A stretch of DNA of 64,000 nucleotides from an uncultured Chroococcidiopsis sp. (GCA_964248365.1 CAXTYC010000003.1:210129-274128), one strand, 5' to 3'; positions 20,706 through 32,110 are shown, counted from the stretch's first letter. Notes: generated by a model from the sequence alone, not told the origin. A program made the numbers and translations.

Positions 20706-20875
20706 CACGCTTCGCCTACTTTGAGTACTTTTTCTTAACTTAATCAAGCGGATCGCTGTTAGCTTTTTGTCCTCGTGTCCTTTGTTATTGACAAATGACG
20801 CGGGACTCCTATAAGCTAATCGCGCTCTCGCCTTGATCAAACTGTTAACAATTGTGACACAAGGTTTTTCTCATA

Positions 20876-20910
20876 AAATACCCCACCTGACTGAATATAG
20901 GTGGGGAAAA
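20876..20910 (-). terminator. Hairpin CCCCACCT/AGGTGGGG with flanking A/T tracts between trxC and ndhF1
   Basis: 8-bp GC-rich stem followed by TATTTT on the minus strand. Confidence 0.5.
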
Positions 20911-21143
20911 TTCAATATGACTTTATTTTTACTAGTAGCTAGTGGAACCAGTGGAACTGGTGGCTAGAAAAAAGCTGGGGGAGCTGGGTGAGCTGGGTGA
21001 GTTGAAGGGGTGGCTATTACCATATCCTTGCTTTCAAATCAAGAAATTTAAATGCACTTTCTCCCTTTTGCCTCCTTTTGCCTACTTTTGCCTCCTCTGC
21101 TCTGTTCTAGCCACTAGTTCCACTAGTCACTAGTCACCAGCCC

Positions 21144-21539
21144 CTAGCCCCTCCTCATTTTGGAAAGATGGGATGAATTGGCTGGACTGATTGAATTAGC
21201 GGGACTTGGCTCTGTATAGCCCAGTTTGATTTCTCCTAAAAATAGTCGCAATTCATCCCGACCCTTAAAGCTATCTAGTCGCTGCCGCACTTTGCCGTTT
21301 TCAATTAGGATTAACGTTGGCAGGGTTGTAAGTCGATAAGCATTGGACAGTTTAAAATTGTCGTCGGCGTTAACACCTACTATTTTGATGTAGTCGCTGC
21401 TATAGGTGTGAAATTCTGACAGCAGTGGCTCAATTAGTCGGCACAGTCCGCACCAAGGCGCCCAAAAGTGAATCAAAACAGGAGTCGGCGATTCTAAAAC
21501 TTCTTGAGTAAACGTCCGCTCATTAACTGACAACACCAT
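21144..21539 (-). CDS. trxC: Atypical cyanobacterial thioredoxin C
   Basis: WCGLC active site; conserved position between nnrU-family gene and ndhF1. Confidence 0.88.
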   Translation of the reverse strand: MVLSVNERTFTQEVLESPTPVLIHFWAPWCGLCRLIEPLLSEFHTYSSDYIKIVGVNADDNFKLSNAYRLTTLPTLILIENGKVRQRLDSFKGRDELRLFLGEIKLGYTEPSPANSISPANSSHLSKMRRG

Positions 21540-21644
21540 GATTCTTCTAGGGAGATATATCTGATTTTGCTATCAAACAAGGGCGATCGCTTCCCTGAGC
21601 TATTAGCTGGGGCTGGCTTTTTGTTGGTTTTGAAACAGTGAGTA

Positions 21645-21672
21645 GTAAGAGCGCACGGCGGTGCGCTCTTAC
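21645..21672. repeat. REP-like palindrome GTAAGAGCGCAC-GGCG-GTGCGCTCTTAC
   Basis: Perfect 12-bp arms. Confidence 0.75.
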
Positions 21673-21976
21673 AGTAGTGAGTAATGACTTGTGATTACGT
21701 GACCACTGACTACTGACTGCACAAGTGCTGAACGCTATTGTGAATCATGCTACATCGATTTGGGATCAATTAATCAGGTAAAATTATTGATTATTTAAAG
21801 AGCTTGGTGAATGGGGATCATGAGGGGCGCTGGGGCTAGGGGCGAGTGTAAGAGGAGGGGGAGAGTGGGAGAATCATTAATTCCGAATTCAGCAATTGTG
21901 ACTTTTCACCTCTTGACTTCTGACTTCTGACTTCTGGCTCCTCACCTTTTCACCTCCTCACCTCCTCACCTCCTGT

Positions 21977-22690
21977 CTACCAATTGACGAGGCTAGTTGC
22001 CCCAATTAAAAGGGGATGCGACCACCACAAGAGCAGCACAAAGAGGGCGACACCCAGATAAGCAGGGCGAAGAAACTCTTGCCACTTTAATGTTTGCCGT
22101 CCCTGAATAATAGCCAGAAATGGAGTAATGGAAGTACGAGACTTGACACTTTCAAATGCTGCACCGTAGCGGTATGCTAAGCGTCGATCGCCATGCCAAA
22201 CCCCAAATAAATGATGCAACACTAAACCAATTGAGGTGACAAGGGTAAAGCTGGTTCCTAGCCAAAGTGTATGGGCTATACACCAAATAATCTGTCCGAC
22301 CATTTGGGGGTGGCGAGTGATGCGAATAATTCCTGTCTCATATAGATGGACTTGGGGTTTTTGGATGGCGGCAATTTCCAGCAGATTGAATGTGGCAGGA
22401 TAAAGAAATAAAAAGGAAATGGCAGATAGTATCCAAACAACTGTCTGCACGAGTGGGATGCCCTGCACTTGCCACAACCTTACACCGTCGTAGCGATGGT
22501 TAATGAAGTAAATAATTAGCACAACAGCCAAAGGCAGACTGACGAGGGCAAATAAAATGCGATAGAGTCGTGATCCAATGTATTTTTCTGCCCAAGCGCG
22601 TAGGGAAGCTAACCCACTGTGAGCGATCGCAAACCCGATTAAAAGACCCAGCATGACAAAATGGCTGGGCGTTATCTGGCTAAAACTCAT
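21977..22690 (-). CDS. NnrU family membrane protein (15-cis-zeta-carotene isomerase/Z-ISO-like)
   Basis: HSGLA, PATFNLLEIAAI, GIIRITRHPQM, HGDRRL motifs. Confidence 0.88.
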   Translation of the reverse strand: MSFSQITPSHFVMLGLLIGFAIAHSGLASLRAWAEKYIGSRLYRILFALVSLPLAVVLIIYFINHRYDGVRLWQVQGIPLVQTVVWILSAISFLFLYPATFNLLEIAAIQKPQVHLYETGIIRITRHPQMVGQIIWCIAHTLWLGTSFTLVTSIGLVLHHLFGVWHGDRRLAYRYGAAFESVKSRTSITPFLAIIQGRQTLKWQEFLRPAYLGVALFVLLLWWSHPLLIGATSLVNW

Positions 22691-22901
22691 TTTTTATAAA
22701 AAAAGTAATTTAACGAAACTTTTTTACTGTACAACCCATATCACAATTTATTCTCAGGAGACTTTGTCACGAAGGTTGTGATAGTGTCAATTGCGATACG
22801 AGTAAAACCCTTTTGCTTGTCTAGGTAACAAATCACTCAATAGCCGCCTGCTACTGTTTGCAGCGTTTTACGTCTCCTTTCTTATTTATGGATTTAGCTG
22901 T

Positions 22902-23906
22902 ATGTCTGACCTACCTTTCACTTTAGATCAGTTACGGATTCTCAAAGCGATCGCGGCTGAAGGGAGCTTCAAGCGCGCCGCTGATAGTCTCTATGTCTCA
23001 CAACCCGCCGTAAGTTTACAAGTGCAAAACTTAGAGCGACAGCTAGATGTCCCTTTATTCGACCGAGGCGGACGTAGAGCGCAGCTGACAGAAGCAGGCT
23101 ATCTTCTGCTCAGTTATGGCGAAAAAATCCTCAGCTTGTGCCAGGAAACTTGCCGTGCGATCGAGGATTTACAAAATCTCCAAGGCGGTACTTTAATTGT
23201 AGGTGCTTCTCAAACTACAGGAACCTATCTTTTGCCGCGTATGATTGGCTTATTCCGGCAAAGATATCCTGATGTAGCCGTCCAACTGCACGTTCACTCT
23301 ACCCGCCGAACTGCTTGGAGTGTGGCAAATGGACAGGTAGATTTGGCAATCATCGGCGGCGAAATTCCGGCTGAACTCCACGAATCGCTACAAATCATTC
23401 CCTATGCTGAAGATGAACTTGCCCTGATTTTACCCGTCTTGCATCCTCTAGCTAAAGCCGAGACAGTTCAAAAAGATGACCTTTATAAACTACAGTTTAT
23501 CGCTCTTGATTCCCAATCGACTATCCGCAAGGTGATTGACGCTGTACTGACTCGCTGTGATATTGATACGCGCCGCCTCAAAATTGAAATGGAACTCAAT
23601 TCGATTGAGGCAATCAAAAATGCAGTGCAATCAGGTTTAGGTGCTGCTTTTGTCTCGGTCAGTGCGATCGCTAAAGAGCTACAAATGGGTGTATTGCACC
23701 GCTCTTTGATCGAAGGTGTTGTCGTCAAGCGCACACTTTGGGTAATTTTTAACCCCAACCGTTACCGTTCTAAGGCAGCAGATGCCTTTATCCGAGAAAT
23801 ATTACCTCAATTTACCGCCCCAGGATGGGGCAAGGAGATATTAGAGTCTCAACCCATACTCAAGGACTCAATCGATGCGGTAACGTCAGATGAGGAGGAA
23901 GGTTAA
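22902..23906 (+). CDS. rbcR: LysR-type regulator of the Ycf30/RbcR group
   Basis: [19 protein letters not shown]-terminus, [28 protein letters not shown]. Confidence 0.85.
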   Translation: MSDLPFTLDQLRILKAIAAEGSFKRAADSLYVSQPAVSLQVQNLERQLDVPLFDRGGRRAQLTEAGYLLLSYGEKILSLCQETCRAIEDLQNLQGGTLIVGASQTTGTYLLPRMIGLFRQRYPDVAVQLHVHSTRRTAWSVANGQVDLAIIGGEIPAELHESLQIIPYAEDELALILPVLHPLAKAETVQKDDLYKLQFIALDSQSTIRKVIDAVLTRCDIDTRRLKIEMELNSIEAIKNAVQSGLGAAFVSVSAIAKELQMGVLHRSLIEGVVVKRTLWVIFNPNRYRSKAADAFIREILPQFTAPGWGKEILESQPILKDSIDAVTSDEEEG

Positions 23907-24029
23907 TCTCAAAATAATAAGAAAAGTAGTGAGTAGGGTAATAATTCGTAATTCCTGGTTTGTAATTCGTAATTGTTCTTATTCCCCCTAGCTCAAGAAC
24001 GCTTTCACGCTCGCCCCTAGTTCCTACCT

Positions 24030-25391
24030 ATGGAAGTTTACTGCACACGTCCAGGCTGCCCCCGTCCGCAAAACTATTTTGCTGATTTAGATAATAGCGC
24101 CACATTGAGGACTGTGGAGCAGAAGTATTGCACCTGCTGCGGTATGCCCCTGATTTTACAGGGGCGCTATCTGCCCAAGGCGTTGTTAGGGCAAGGGGGG
24201 TTTGGCGCGGCATTTTTGGCACGCGATCGCTACACCCCTGGAATGCGTGAGTGTGTAGTGAAGCTATTCAAACCCACTGGCGATCTAAGTTCCACCCAAT
24301 TAGCAACTGCTCAAACTCTATTTGAACGCGAGGCAGCAGCTTTAGAACAGCTTGGAGATCAACACGACCAAATCCCCGATTTGTTAGCTTTCTTTGACTT
24401 AACTGTATCAAGTTGGCAACCGGGCAAGCAGGAACGGTTTTTTTATCTGGTACAGGAATTTATTAACGGACAAACTTTGGAGGAGGAACTAGCAATTCGA
24501 GGGAATTTTTCCCAATCTGAAGTATTAGAGGTGCTGCAAGCGATTTTGCCCGTCTTGCAATTTGTGCATGAGCATGGCTCTATTCATCGAGATATCAAGC
24601 CTTCTAATATCATGCGTCATCGCAATGGCAAGCTTTACTTGCTAGATTTCGGTGCAGTAAAACAAGTGACAAGTGCAGCCGGAAAAACTATTTCTGGTTC
24701 GACAGGAATTTATTCGATGGGGTTTGCACCACCAGAACAAGTAGCTGGGGGAGAAATATACCCATCTACAGATTTGTATGCTTTGGCAGTGACTATTGTC
24801 ACTTTACTTACTGGTAAGAAACCAACAGAACTGTTTGATGTCAGTCGTAATCAATGGAAGTGGCGTTCGCATACTCAGGTGAGTGACAAGCTTGCCAATG
24901 TCTTAAACAAAATGTTATCCCTTGAGCCAAAACAACGCTTTCAATCAGCGACAGAGGTGATGAAAGCGCTCAATTTGCCTAATATACCATCACCGCACCC
25001 AGGGCAGCCACCACCAATCACACCGCGCTCATCTCCCCGACCAACTTTTTCTACCCTAGAGATTTTATCTGGGGCTGCTTTTAGTGGATTTGAAGGCGGT
25101 TTAATTGCGATCGCCCTTTACGGGCTACTATCAAAACCAGTCATCAGCTTTGCCATAGCTGCACTGATTTTAGGCGGTCTGATTTTTGCTCAATACCGCC
25201 GCTGGATTGAAAAAATAGATTTATTGATTATTGGTAGTATTTCTTTAGTAATTGTTTTTTTAGTTCCAGTTTTACAAGCTGGGCTTACAATCACTGTAGT
25301 AGCATATTTGGCAATTGTATCTGGACTAGTTGCGATCGCGCTGACCGCTTTATTTAAACTAATTTACAAATTGCTTTCCCAAATTCTTTAA
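24030..25391 (+). CDS. Ser/Thr protein kinase with N-terminal 4-Cys zinc ribbon and four C-terminal TM helices
   Basis: YCTRPGC...YCTCCG; GQGGFG, HRDIKPSN, DFG, PPE intact; four hydrophobic segments after a Pro-rich linker. Confidence 0.92.
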   Translation: MEVYCTRPGCPRPQNYFADLDNSATLRTVEQKYCTCCGMPLILQGRYLPKALLGQGGFGAAFLARDRYTPGMRECVVKLFKPTGDLSSTQLATAQTLFEREAAALEQLGDQHDQIPDLLAFFDLTVSSWQPGKQERFFYLVQEFINGQTLEEELAIRGNFSQSEVLEVLQAILPVLQFVHEHGSIHRDIKPSNIMRHRNGKLYLLDFGAVKQVTSAAGKTISGSTGIYSMGFAPPEQVAGGEIYPSTDLYALAVTIVTLLTGKKPTELFDVSRNQWKWRSHTQVSDKLANVLNKMLSLEPKQRFQSATEVMKALNLPNIPSPHPGQPPPITPRSSPRPTFSTLEILSGAAFSGFEGGLIAIALYGLLSKPVISFAIAALILGGLIFAQYRRWIEKIDLLIIGSISLVIVFLVPVLQAGLTITVVAYLAIVSGLVAIALTALFKLIYKLLSQIL

Positions 25392-25418
25392 CTAAGTTTT
25401 GGCATTTAAGCGATTTAT

Positions 25419-26840
25419 ATGACCCAAAAAAAAGAAACAATTATTTTACTTCTGGCACTTTTAATCACATTGGGATTAGTAGGTGGTGGAGTTTGGCTAT
25501 TCAAAAATGTTATATTCGCTCAGTCCCCAACAACACCACCTAATACCAACCCTACATCAGCTAGCCCTCTATCGGGAATACAAGGAGTAATCAGTTTTGG
25601 CGAAAAAACTCTCATTCCAGGTCAAGTTAGTCCAGCAAAACAAGCTGGTTTAGAAGCGATATCCCAGCAAAAGTGGAGCCTTGCTGTAGCAAATTTGCAA
25701 CAAGCATTAAAACAAAATCGCAACGCTCCAGAAACATTAATTTACCTCAATAATGCCAAAATTGCTAATCAAAAAAGCTATATAATCGCTACATCTGTAC
25801 CAGCGGGGACAAATCCCAATGGCAGTATGGAGGTTTTACGCGGCGTTGCCCAGGCGCAAAACGAAATTAATAGTAATGGGGGAATTAATGGCGTACCATT
25901 GAAAGTGGCGATCGCTAACGACGACAATCAAGAAGACGAGGGAAAACAGGTAGCCACCGCTTTAGTTAACAATCCCGAAGTTTTAGGTGTAGTCGGTCAC
26001 TGGGCTAGTCAAGTGACTTTAGCAACTTCCCCAATCTATAACTCTGGTAAACTCGTAGCAATTTCCCCAGTCAGTACTTCAGTTAAACTTTCTGGCATTA
26101 GCCCCTACATTTTTCGCACAGTTCCCAGTGATTATATAGCTGCTAGGGCTTTAGCCAATTATATGTTGAATCAGCTGCGACTCAAAAAAGCAGCTGTTTT
26201 TTTCAATCCTCAAAGTGCCTACAGTCAGTCATTAAAATCCGAGTTCGCTGCGGCTGTGTTACTGGGAGGAGGACAGGTAAAAGGTGAGTTTGATTTGTCA
26301 GATCCCAGTTTAAGCGCAGCCAGCAGTATTAAATCTGCCATCAAGCAAGGGGCAGAAGTTTTGATGTTAGCGCCTAACACCGGATCTAATACTGTAATCG
26401 TAGACAAAGCCCTACAAATCGTGCAAGTAAACCAAAAACGGCTAAAAGTATTGGGCGGTGATGCTCTTTATACCACTACCACTTTGGAAGTAGGGGGAGA
26501 TGCAGCTAGGGATATGGTGATAGCAGTTCCTTGGGATATTGACACCAATTCAGGCTCAGAATTTGTCCGTCAATCCTTGCAGCTTTGGGGTGCTGAAGTA
26601 AACTGGCGTACCGCCCTTGCCTACAATGCAACAAAAGCTTTGATTGCAGCTATCGGGAAGTCTCCAACTCGCACTGGGGTACAACAAGCTCTTTCTAATG
26701 CCAACTTTTCTACAACCGGAGCTGCTGGCACTATTAGCTTCTTACCTTCGGGTGATATCAATGCACCAGTGGAGCTAGTGAAAATTGTTCCCAGTGTTAA
26801 TTCTAGTACTAGATATGACTTTGTTCCAGTGCGACAATAG
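25419..26840 (+). CDS. Membrane-anchored LivJ/LivK-type (periplasmic binding type I) protein with TPR-like segment
   Basis: N-terminal TM MTQKKETIILLLALLITLGL; NAPETLIYLNNA; LRGVAQAQ; VVGH; YIFRTVPSD. Confidence 0.85.
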   Translation: MTQKKETIILLLALLITLGLVGGGVWLFKNVIFAQSPTTPPNTNPTSASPLSGIQGVISFGEKTLIPGQVSPAKQAGLEAISQQKWSLAVANLQQALKQNRNAPETLIYLNNAKIANQKSYIIATSVPAGTNPNGSMEVLRGVAQAQNEINSNGGINGVPLKVAIANDDNQEDEGKQVATALVNNPEVLGVVGHWASQVTLATSPIYNSGKLVAISPVSTSVKLSGISPYIFRTVPSDYIAARALANYMLNQLRLKKAAVFFNPQSAYSQSLKSEFAAAVLLGGGQVKGEFDLSDPSLSAASSIKSAIKQGAEVLMLAPNTGSNTVIVDKALQIVQVNQKRLKVLGGDALYTTTTLEVGGDAARDMVIAVPWDIDTNSGSEFVRQSLQLWGAEVNWRTALAYNATKALIAAIGKSPTRTGVQQALSNANFSTTGAAGTISFLPSGDINAPVELVKIVPSVNSSTRYDFVPVRQ

Positions 26841-26866
26841 CAATCTTGGCAACATGAGAGAAAATA

Positions 26867-27589
26867 ATGACTTGGGCAGATTTCCTCATCCGCTTGCTAC
26901 TGGCATTTATTCTGGGTGCAGCCATTGGTATAGAAAGACAATGGCAGAAAACCAGGGCAGTTCTCAAAACCAATGTTTTAGTATGCATCGGCGCTGCCAT
27001 GTTTGTCATGATGTCATCTATGGTTCCTGGTGATTCAAGTCCAACGCGGGTTGCAGCCCAGGTAGTATCTGGCATTGGTTTTCTCGGCGGCGGCGTGATT
27101 CTCCGCGAAGGAACTAGTGTACGTGGACTAAATACAGCAGCAACCTTGTGGTGTGCAGCAGCTGTTGGCACTTTTGTAGGTTGTGGGTTACTCTTTCAAG
27201 CTTACTTTGGTACTTTAGCCGTCGTGGGAGCTAACCTACTACTGCGACCGCTAGTACAATTGTTTCAACAACTTGATGAGCAATTAATCACTCACACAAA
27301 ACCAGAAGCCCGCTATTGCTGCCGAATGATCTGTCCTTATGAAGATGAAGCTACTGTACGCAATTTGCTATCAGAACAATTCCAAGGCAAGGAACTGGTG
27401 TTAACTGCTTTGTCTATTAAAAATATCGATCTTGAGAATATATACAATTTAGCTCAGGTAGAAATTAAAGCAGATTTTATCTGTGATGGTCGCCAAGATG
27501 CTATTTTGTCAGAATTTATCACTTTGCTCAGGTCGAACGTCAGAGTTAGTGCAATCAAATGGGAGTTTATTTCAGAGGACACTGATTGA
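26867..27589 (+). CDS. MgtC/SapB family protein with ACT-like C-terminus
   Basis: IGIERQW, RVAAQVVSGIGFLGGGVI, GLNTAATLW. Confidence 0.92.
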   Translation: MTWADFLIRLLLAFILGAAIGIERQWQKTRAVLKTNVLVCIGAAMFVMMSSMVPGDSSPTRVAAQVVSGIGFLGGGVILREGTSVRGLNTAATLWCAAAVGTFVGCGLLFQAYFGTLAVVGANLLLRPLVQLFQQLDEQLITHTKPEARYCCRMICPYEDEATVRNLLSEQFQGKELVLTALSIKNIDLENIYNLAQVEIKADFICDGRQDAILSEFITLLRSNVRVSAIKWEFISEDTD

Positions 27590-27720
27590 ACACCTAAAAG
27601 CGATTAGCTTTTAGCTGAAAGAGTACGGATAAATTCGAGTTCCTGAAATATTGGTTATGCGACATTTTTTATTTTTCCAGTGATAAATTAAGGAGAACCT
27701 GAACCTCTGACAATTGTCTT

Positions 27721-27773
27721 GGAAAGTTCGGGATCAGTTGGGGGAACCCCAACTGTATTTTACCCCGACTTTC
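27721..27773. repeat. Nested palindrome GGAAAGTTCGGG...CCCGACTTTCC enclosing CAGTTGGGG-GAA-CCCCAACTG
   Basis: Direct reading of inverted repeats. Confidence 0.6.
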
Positions 27774-28147
27774 CGCTAGCTAACCGCTAATAGCTAATTG
27801 CTTTGTAGTCATTTTTATAACTCAGTACAACTACGTACGCAATTTTACTGAAAGCAGATAAAGTATTTGAAATTTTTCCGTGATTTCACGGTTGGATTCT
27901 GACTAGAAGGGCGGTAACTTATTTCTTTATATATATGGTATTTATTACTTTCAACTTTTGCTTTTAAAGCAGAAGTTTGAAACAAAAATACTTAAGCTTT
28001 TATAAATAATAACTTTACCTAAATTTATTTGCCCTCCCAGGCGTGGCTAATCGTTTACAGAAGGCGATCGCGTGGCTGCTTGTAAGCTTAATAGTTGAGC
28101 CTCGTTTTATCTTTATTCATTTTGTTATTTAGGTTTATAAAGGGATT

Positions 28148-29569
28148 ATGTTACAAAGAAAAAAAAATGCAGTCCTGATCTTATATTTAATTGCCCTTTG
28201 TTTGATAGGACCTTTAATTTTTTGGTTGAGTTATCGGGGAAATTTATCTCCACAATTTGGGTTACAACGAATTGGCAACAATGGTTTATTTGGGGTAAAC
28301 AAAAATCCAGCCACTCAAAAACGAATTAGTTTAGGTAATAAAGTTTTAGTAACAGCAGATAATAACCCAGATAAACAGGCAGGAGTGCAAGCATTTGGCT
28401 CTGGTGACTATAACACTGCTGTGGAGAAATTCAGTTCATCCTTGCGAATAAATCGTAACGATCCAGAAACATGGATTTATCTAGAAAATGCGGCGGCGGC
28501 GGCAATTAGTAACACAATTAAAATCGGCGTTAGTGTGCCTATTGGTGGCAACCTAAATGTAGCAAGAGAAATTTTGCGCGGCGTGGCTCAGGCTCAATAC
28601 GAAACTAATCATAGTGGTGGTATTGGTGGAAAGCTCATTCAGGTTGAAATTGCTAATGATGATAATGATCCAGCCACTGCTAGACAAATTGCCACTGAGT
28701 TTGTTAAAGATTCTAGTATTTTGGCAGTAGTAGGACATAACTCTAGTGATGCTTCGATTGCTGCTGCTATGGTGTATCAACAGGGCGGTTTGGTGATGGT
28801 TTCCCCTACTAGCGTTGCCCGTGCCTTATCTGGAGTTGGTAGCTATATATTTCGTACTACCCCCAATACTAGAGCGATCGCAGAAGCCCTTGCTCGTTAT
28901 ACCGTCAATTCTGCCCACAAAACTAAAATTGCTATTTGCTCTGATACGCAAGCTGAAGCTAGTCAGTCGTTCCAAGACGAGTTTAATTGGGCTTTATTTG
29001 ATTATGGCGGTAAAGTTATCGACATAAGTTGTAATTTTTCCGCTCCAAATTTCAATCCTAATGACATTCCCTCACAAGCTGTTAGTGCTGGCGCAGAAAG
29101 TCTGTTGTTAGCTCCCTCGGTAAACAAAATTAATCAAGCCGTAGACGTAGCACGAGCAAATAAAGGGCGACTAGAGCTACTTGGTAGTCACACAATGTAT
29201 ACTTTCCAAACCTTACAGGAGGGTAAAGCAGATATAAACTCAATGGTGCTGTCTGTACCTTGGCATCGCGGGGCAATTGCTGGGAGTTCTTTTCCCACTA
29301 ATGCCAAAAGATTTTGGGGTGCTTCTGGGAGTTGGCGTACTGCTATGGCATATGATGCGACGGGGGCTATTGTTGCTGGGCTAAAGTTTGGCTCAAATCG
29401 TGAGAAACTGCAAAAAGCACTGTCTAATTCAGGTTTCTCAGTTAAAGGTGCAACAGGAGTAGTTCAGTTTCTGCCATCAGGCGATCGCAACATGAAAGGC
29501 ATTTTAGTCAGAGTTCAGCCTGGTAATAGCTCTGGTACAGGCTACGATTTTGTGCCATTTGAGCCTTAG
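28148..29569 (+). CDS. Second membrane-anchored LivJ-type binding protein, paralog of 25419-26840
   Basis: ISLGNKVL..KQAG, NDPETWIYLENA, LRGVAQAQ, YIFRT, GYDFVP shared with the paralog. Confidence 0.85.
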   Translation: MLQRKKNAVLILYLIALCLIGPLIFWLSYRGNLSPQFGLQRIGNNGLFGVNKNPATQKRISLGNKVLVTADNNPDKQAGVQAFGSGDYNTAVEKFSSSLRINRNDPETWIYLENAAAAAISNTIKIGVSVPIGGNLNVAREILRGVAQAQYETNHSGGIGGKLIQVEIANDDNDPATARQIATEFVKDSSILAVVGHNSSDASIAAAMVYQQGGLVMVSPTSVARALSGVGSYIFRTTPNTRAIAEALARYTVNSAHKTKIAICSDTQAEASQSFQDEFNWALFDYGGKVIDISCNFSAPNFNPNDIPSQAVSAGAESLLLAPSVNKINQAVDVARANKGRLELLGSHTMYTFQTLQEGKADINSMVLSVPWHRGAIAGSSFPTNAKRFWGASGSWRTAMAYDATGAIVAGLKFGSNREKLQKALSNSGFSVKGATGVVQFLPSGDRNMKGILVRVQPGNSSGTGYDFVPFEP

Positions 29570-29576
29570 AAGTATT

Positions 29577-30530
29577 TTAGCCAAACAAGGCTAGCCAAAA
29601 AGGAATCATTAGCGGCAACATTAACGTACTAAGGAGTATGCTGCTAGTAGCCAACTGGCGATCGAGGTTGTACTCTTCCGCCAAAATTACATTGACAAAG
29701 GCAGTAGGCATTCCTGACATTAAAACCATAGCTAAGCGAGCATCATGAGAAAACCCTAGAATCGTCAGAACTAATCCTGCTATTCCTGGCAAAACAACCA
29801 TTTTTAAAGTAGTAGGAATTAAAGCGCTATACAAACTTCCTATTCCTTCAAATTGCGATAGCTGCATTCCTATAAGCAAAAATGCACTAGGAATTACAAA
29901 TGATACGCAAGTCTGTAATCCCGACTCGATAGATTCAGGAAATTGGATGTTGCGACTGTACCAACCAATCGCAAATGCCCACAGTGAGGGTACACTTATC
30001 ATGTCGCGCAGCTGAATCCACCAGTGGCTTCCCCGCCCAGAACGACCAAAATAGCTAGCAAGAAAAACTCCCAATCCATAGCTACCAAGCAAATTATGGG
30101 CAACGCCATATAGCACAATCCAAGTTAAATAAGCCTTACTAACGAAAGTAGGAACGAGCGCTAACCCTACATAGCTAGTATTGCCCAACATTGAAGCTAA
30201 AATAAAACTGCCCTGACTAGAGCGATTTGTTGGGCAAACTTTATCTAATATTTTATTATTGAGCAAGTGGTAGGCAAGCGGCTTCAAATAGTACAAGCTC
30301 AAGCTTGCTAACACTAAACCTAATAGCAACACTTGTATTGTAGTTAAAGGAGGAACCCAAATAGCTTTAGCAAAATTTGAATTATGAGCAAGCGCAAAAA
30401 TTTGCACTGGAAAGCCTAGCCAATATAGACTGCGACCGATTAGCTTAGGCAATTTCGATGATACAAAATGAAACCTTAATAGTATTGCACCCAAACTTGT
30501 CCAAAAAATACTTATTGCTATTACCAACAT
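29577..30530 (-). CDS. AEC (auxin efflux carrier) family transporter
   Basis: LGNTSYVGL, LLIGMQL, MSGMPTAF, LAEEYNLD. Confidence 0.85.
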   Translation of the reverse strand: MLVIAISIFWTSLGAILLRFHFVSSKLPKLIGRSLYWLGFPVQIFALAHNSNFAKAIWVPPLTTIQVLLLGLVLASLSLYYLKPLAYHLLNNKILDKVCPTNRSSQGSFILASMLGNTSYVGLALVPTFVSKAYLTWIVLYGVAHNLLGSYGLGVFLASYFGRSGRGSHWWIQLRDMISVPSLWAFAIGWYSRNIQFPESIESGLQTCVSFVIPSAFLLIGMQLSQFEGIGSLYSALIPTTLKMVVLPGIAGLVLTILGFSHDARLAMVLMSGMPTAFVNVILAEEYNLDRQLATSSILLSTLMLPLMIPFWLALFG

Positions 30531-30857
30531 TTTAGTTCAATTACTTTACCAAGTAATTACAAATATATTTTTGAGTTCTTGACATGAATGATTACTCAAT
30601 CATAAGCGAGGAAATTGAGTTTGGTAAGTTATTAATACGAGGCTCAAACTTCTTAACCTTAAAGTTACAAACCTTCCACAGTGCAGTAAATAAATACTGT
30701 ATAATTAGTACCGTTCAGTTAAGAAAGTAAATCTTATTTAAAGAATTTTATTCCTGTATTGATCAGTTGGAGTTCAGGCTCATTTCAACAACAAAAATAA
30801 GCGTAATCTCAACACCATGAATACATAGGCAACGCCGATTAAAGAACGCAAGTAAGC

Positions 30858-31082
30858 TCATATCTTGCACGAGTATTTAAATGAAGCGGATGCTCTATTT
30901 TTTGGTTCCGAGGCTAGGTTCCTTGTCACTTGGGTTAGCTAGCTCTTCTCCTACTTTCTTCCCACTGTAAGATTATCTAACTTTATCTTTTCTCTGTGTT
31001 CTTTGTGTCCTCTGCGGTTCATTAAAAACTTATGTATTCTTTGGGCGGGAAAGAGGTAGCAATCCCACAGGTGCAAGATCGG
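30858..31082. mobile_element. MITE with family-A ends (TCATATCTTGCAC...GTGCAAGATC) carrying a nested insert at 30951-31059
   Basis: Flanks align with the shorter copy at 34153-34268; insert has ends CTACTTTCTTCCC / GGGAAAGAGGTAG. Confidence 0.7.
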
Positions 31083-32110
31083 CAGGTAAGACTACTGTCA
31101 GTTTGCAACCTTTCATTTTGTAAAAATCAGACCAATCAAGACTAAATATCTGCACTGTCAATCTCTGTCCGATTAACTATGCATTCCTGTACTTAGTTGC
31201 TCTAGATACTTTAAATGCGTCTACATATTTATTTAATCGCATTTACTTAAAAAAACAGTAAAGGTATACACAAAAATTGGATAAACTTTGGTTAATTAAA
31301 AATTGTTACTCTGCTAATTGGAAATTACAAAAAAATAGCTATATAGCAACTCTTTTGGAGCGTGAATCTTCCATTGTGCTTGCCCTTTGTCCTTTGAGTT
31401 AGGGAAAAGGGAAAAGAGAGCAAAGGGGAGCAAAGGGAAGCAAAGGGAAAAGGTAATTTCGACTTCCATACTTCTAACTTTCTACTTCATACTTCTATTA
31501 GGCTTCCGACTACCTACTTCTGTACGTGGGGGCTTATTTGGGTTATCTGTTGCCCAATTGAGTATCTGTTAAATCCTTGCTACGACTAATAACGAATGAC
31601 TAATAACTATTGACTAACAACCAATGACAAATGACTAATGACAACTACCACATCAAGAAGTTTTAGCAGATCTTGATTATTCAACTGAGATTTTGCATCT
31701 ACGCTATCAATGCAAAGCTGAGTTTAAACCTTTGATTTGTAAACTTTTCTCTTTATTTATTTGCTCTTGTAAGCCAGTTTAGGGGAAAATATTAGGTTTA
31801 TTAAATCGAGGCAAATAGTTAAAAACAGCACTCGAATAAAATATACTATTCTAAAAAACTTTAGTTATTAATAAAGTTAGTTAATCTTTGTGCTACTTGC
31901 AGAAATAAAAATGGTGTTCGAGCAAATTATTTCCATCATGAATCAATTACAAACTTGGGTGCTATTTCAAGCTAAAGTCACTTACTTAATCTTTTCATCC
32001 GCTTAGAATGAGGGCATTTTAATATGCTTGACTACAAGTAATTAGGTAGGCAAAACACCTGCGACACCAACACGCATAGCATCTTCACATACACAACGAG
32101 CTACTAAATC

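Noticed and set aside
20706..20840. 45-aa N-terminal extension of NdhF1 in the ORF track
   Set aside because: Typical NdhF1 N-terminus begins at 20705; the extension is just an open 5' leader
27825..27838. GTA-N8-TAC as an NtcA site
   Set aside because: Bare 6-bp match expected many times by chance; flanks are non-consensus
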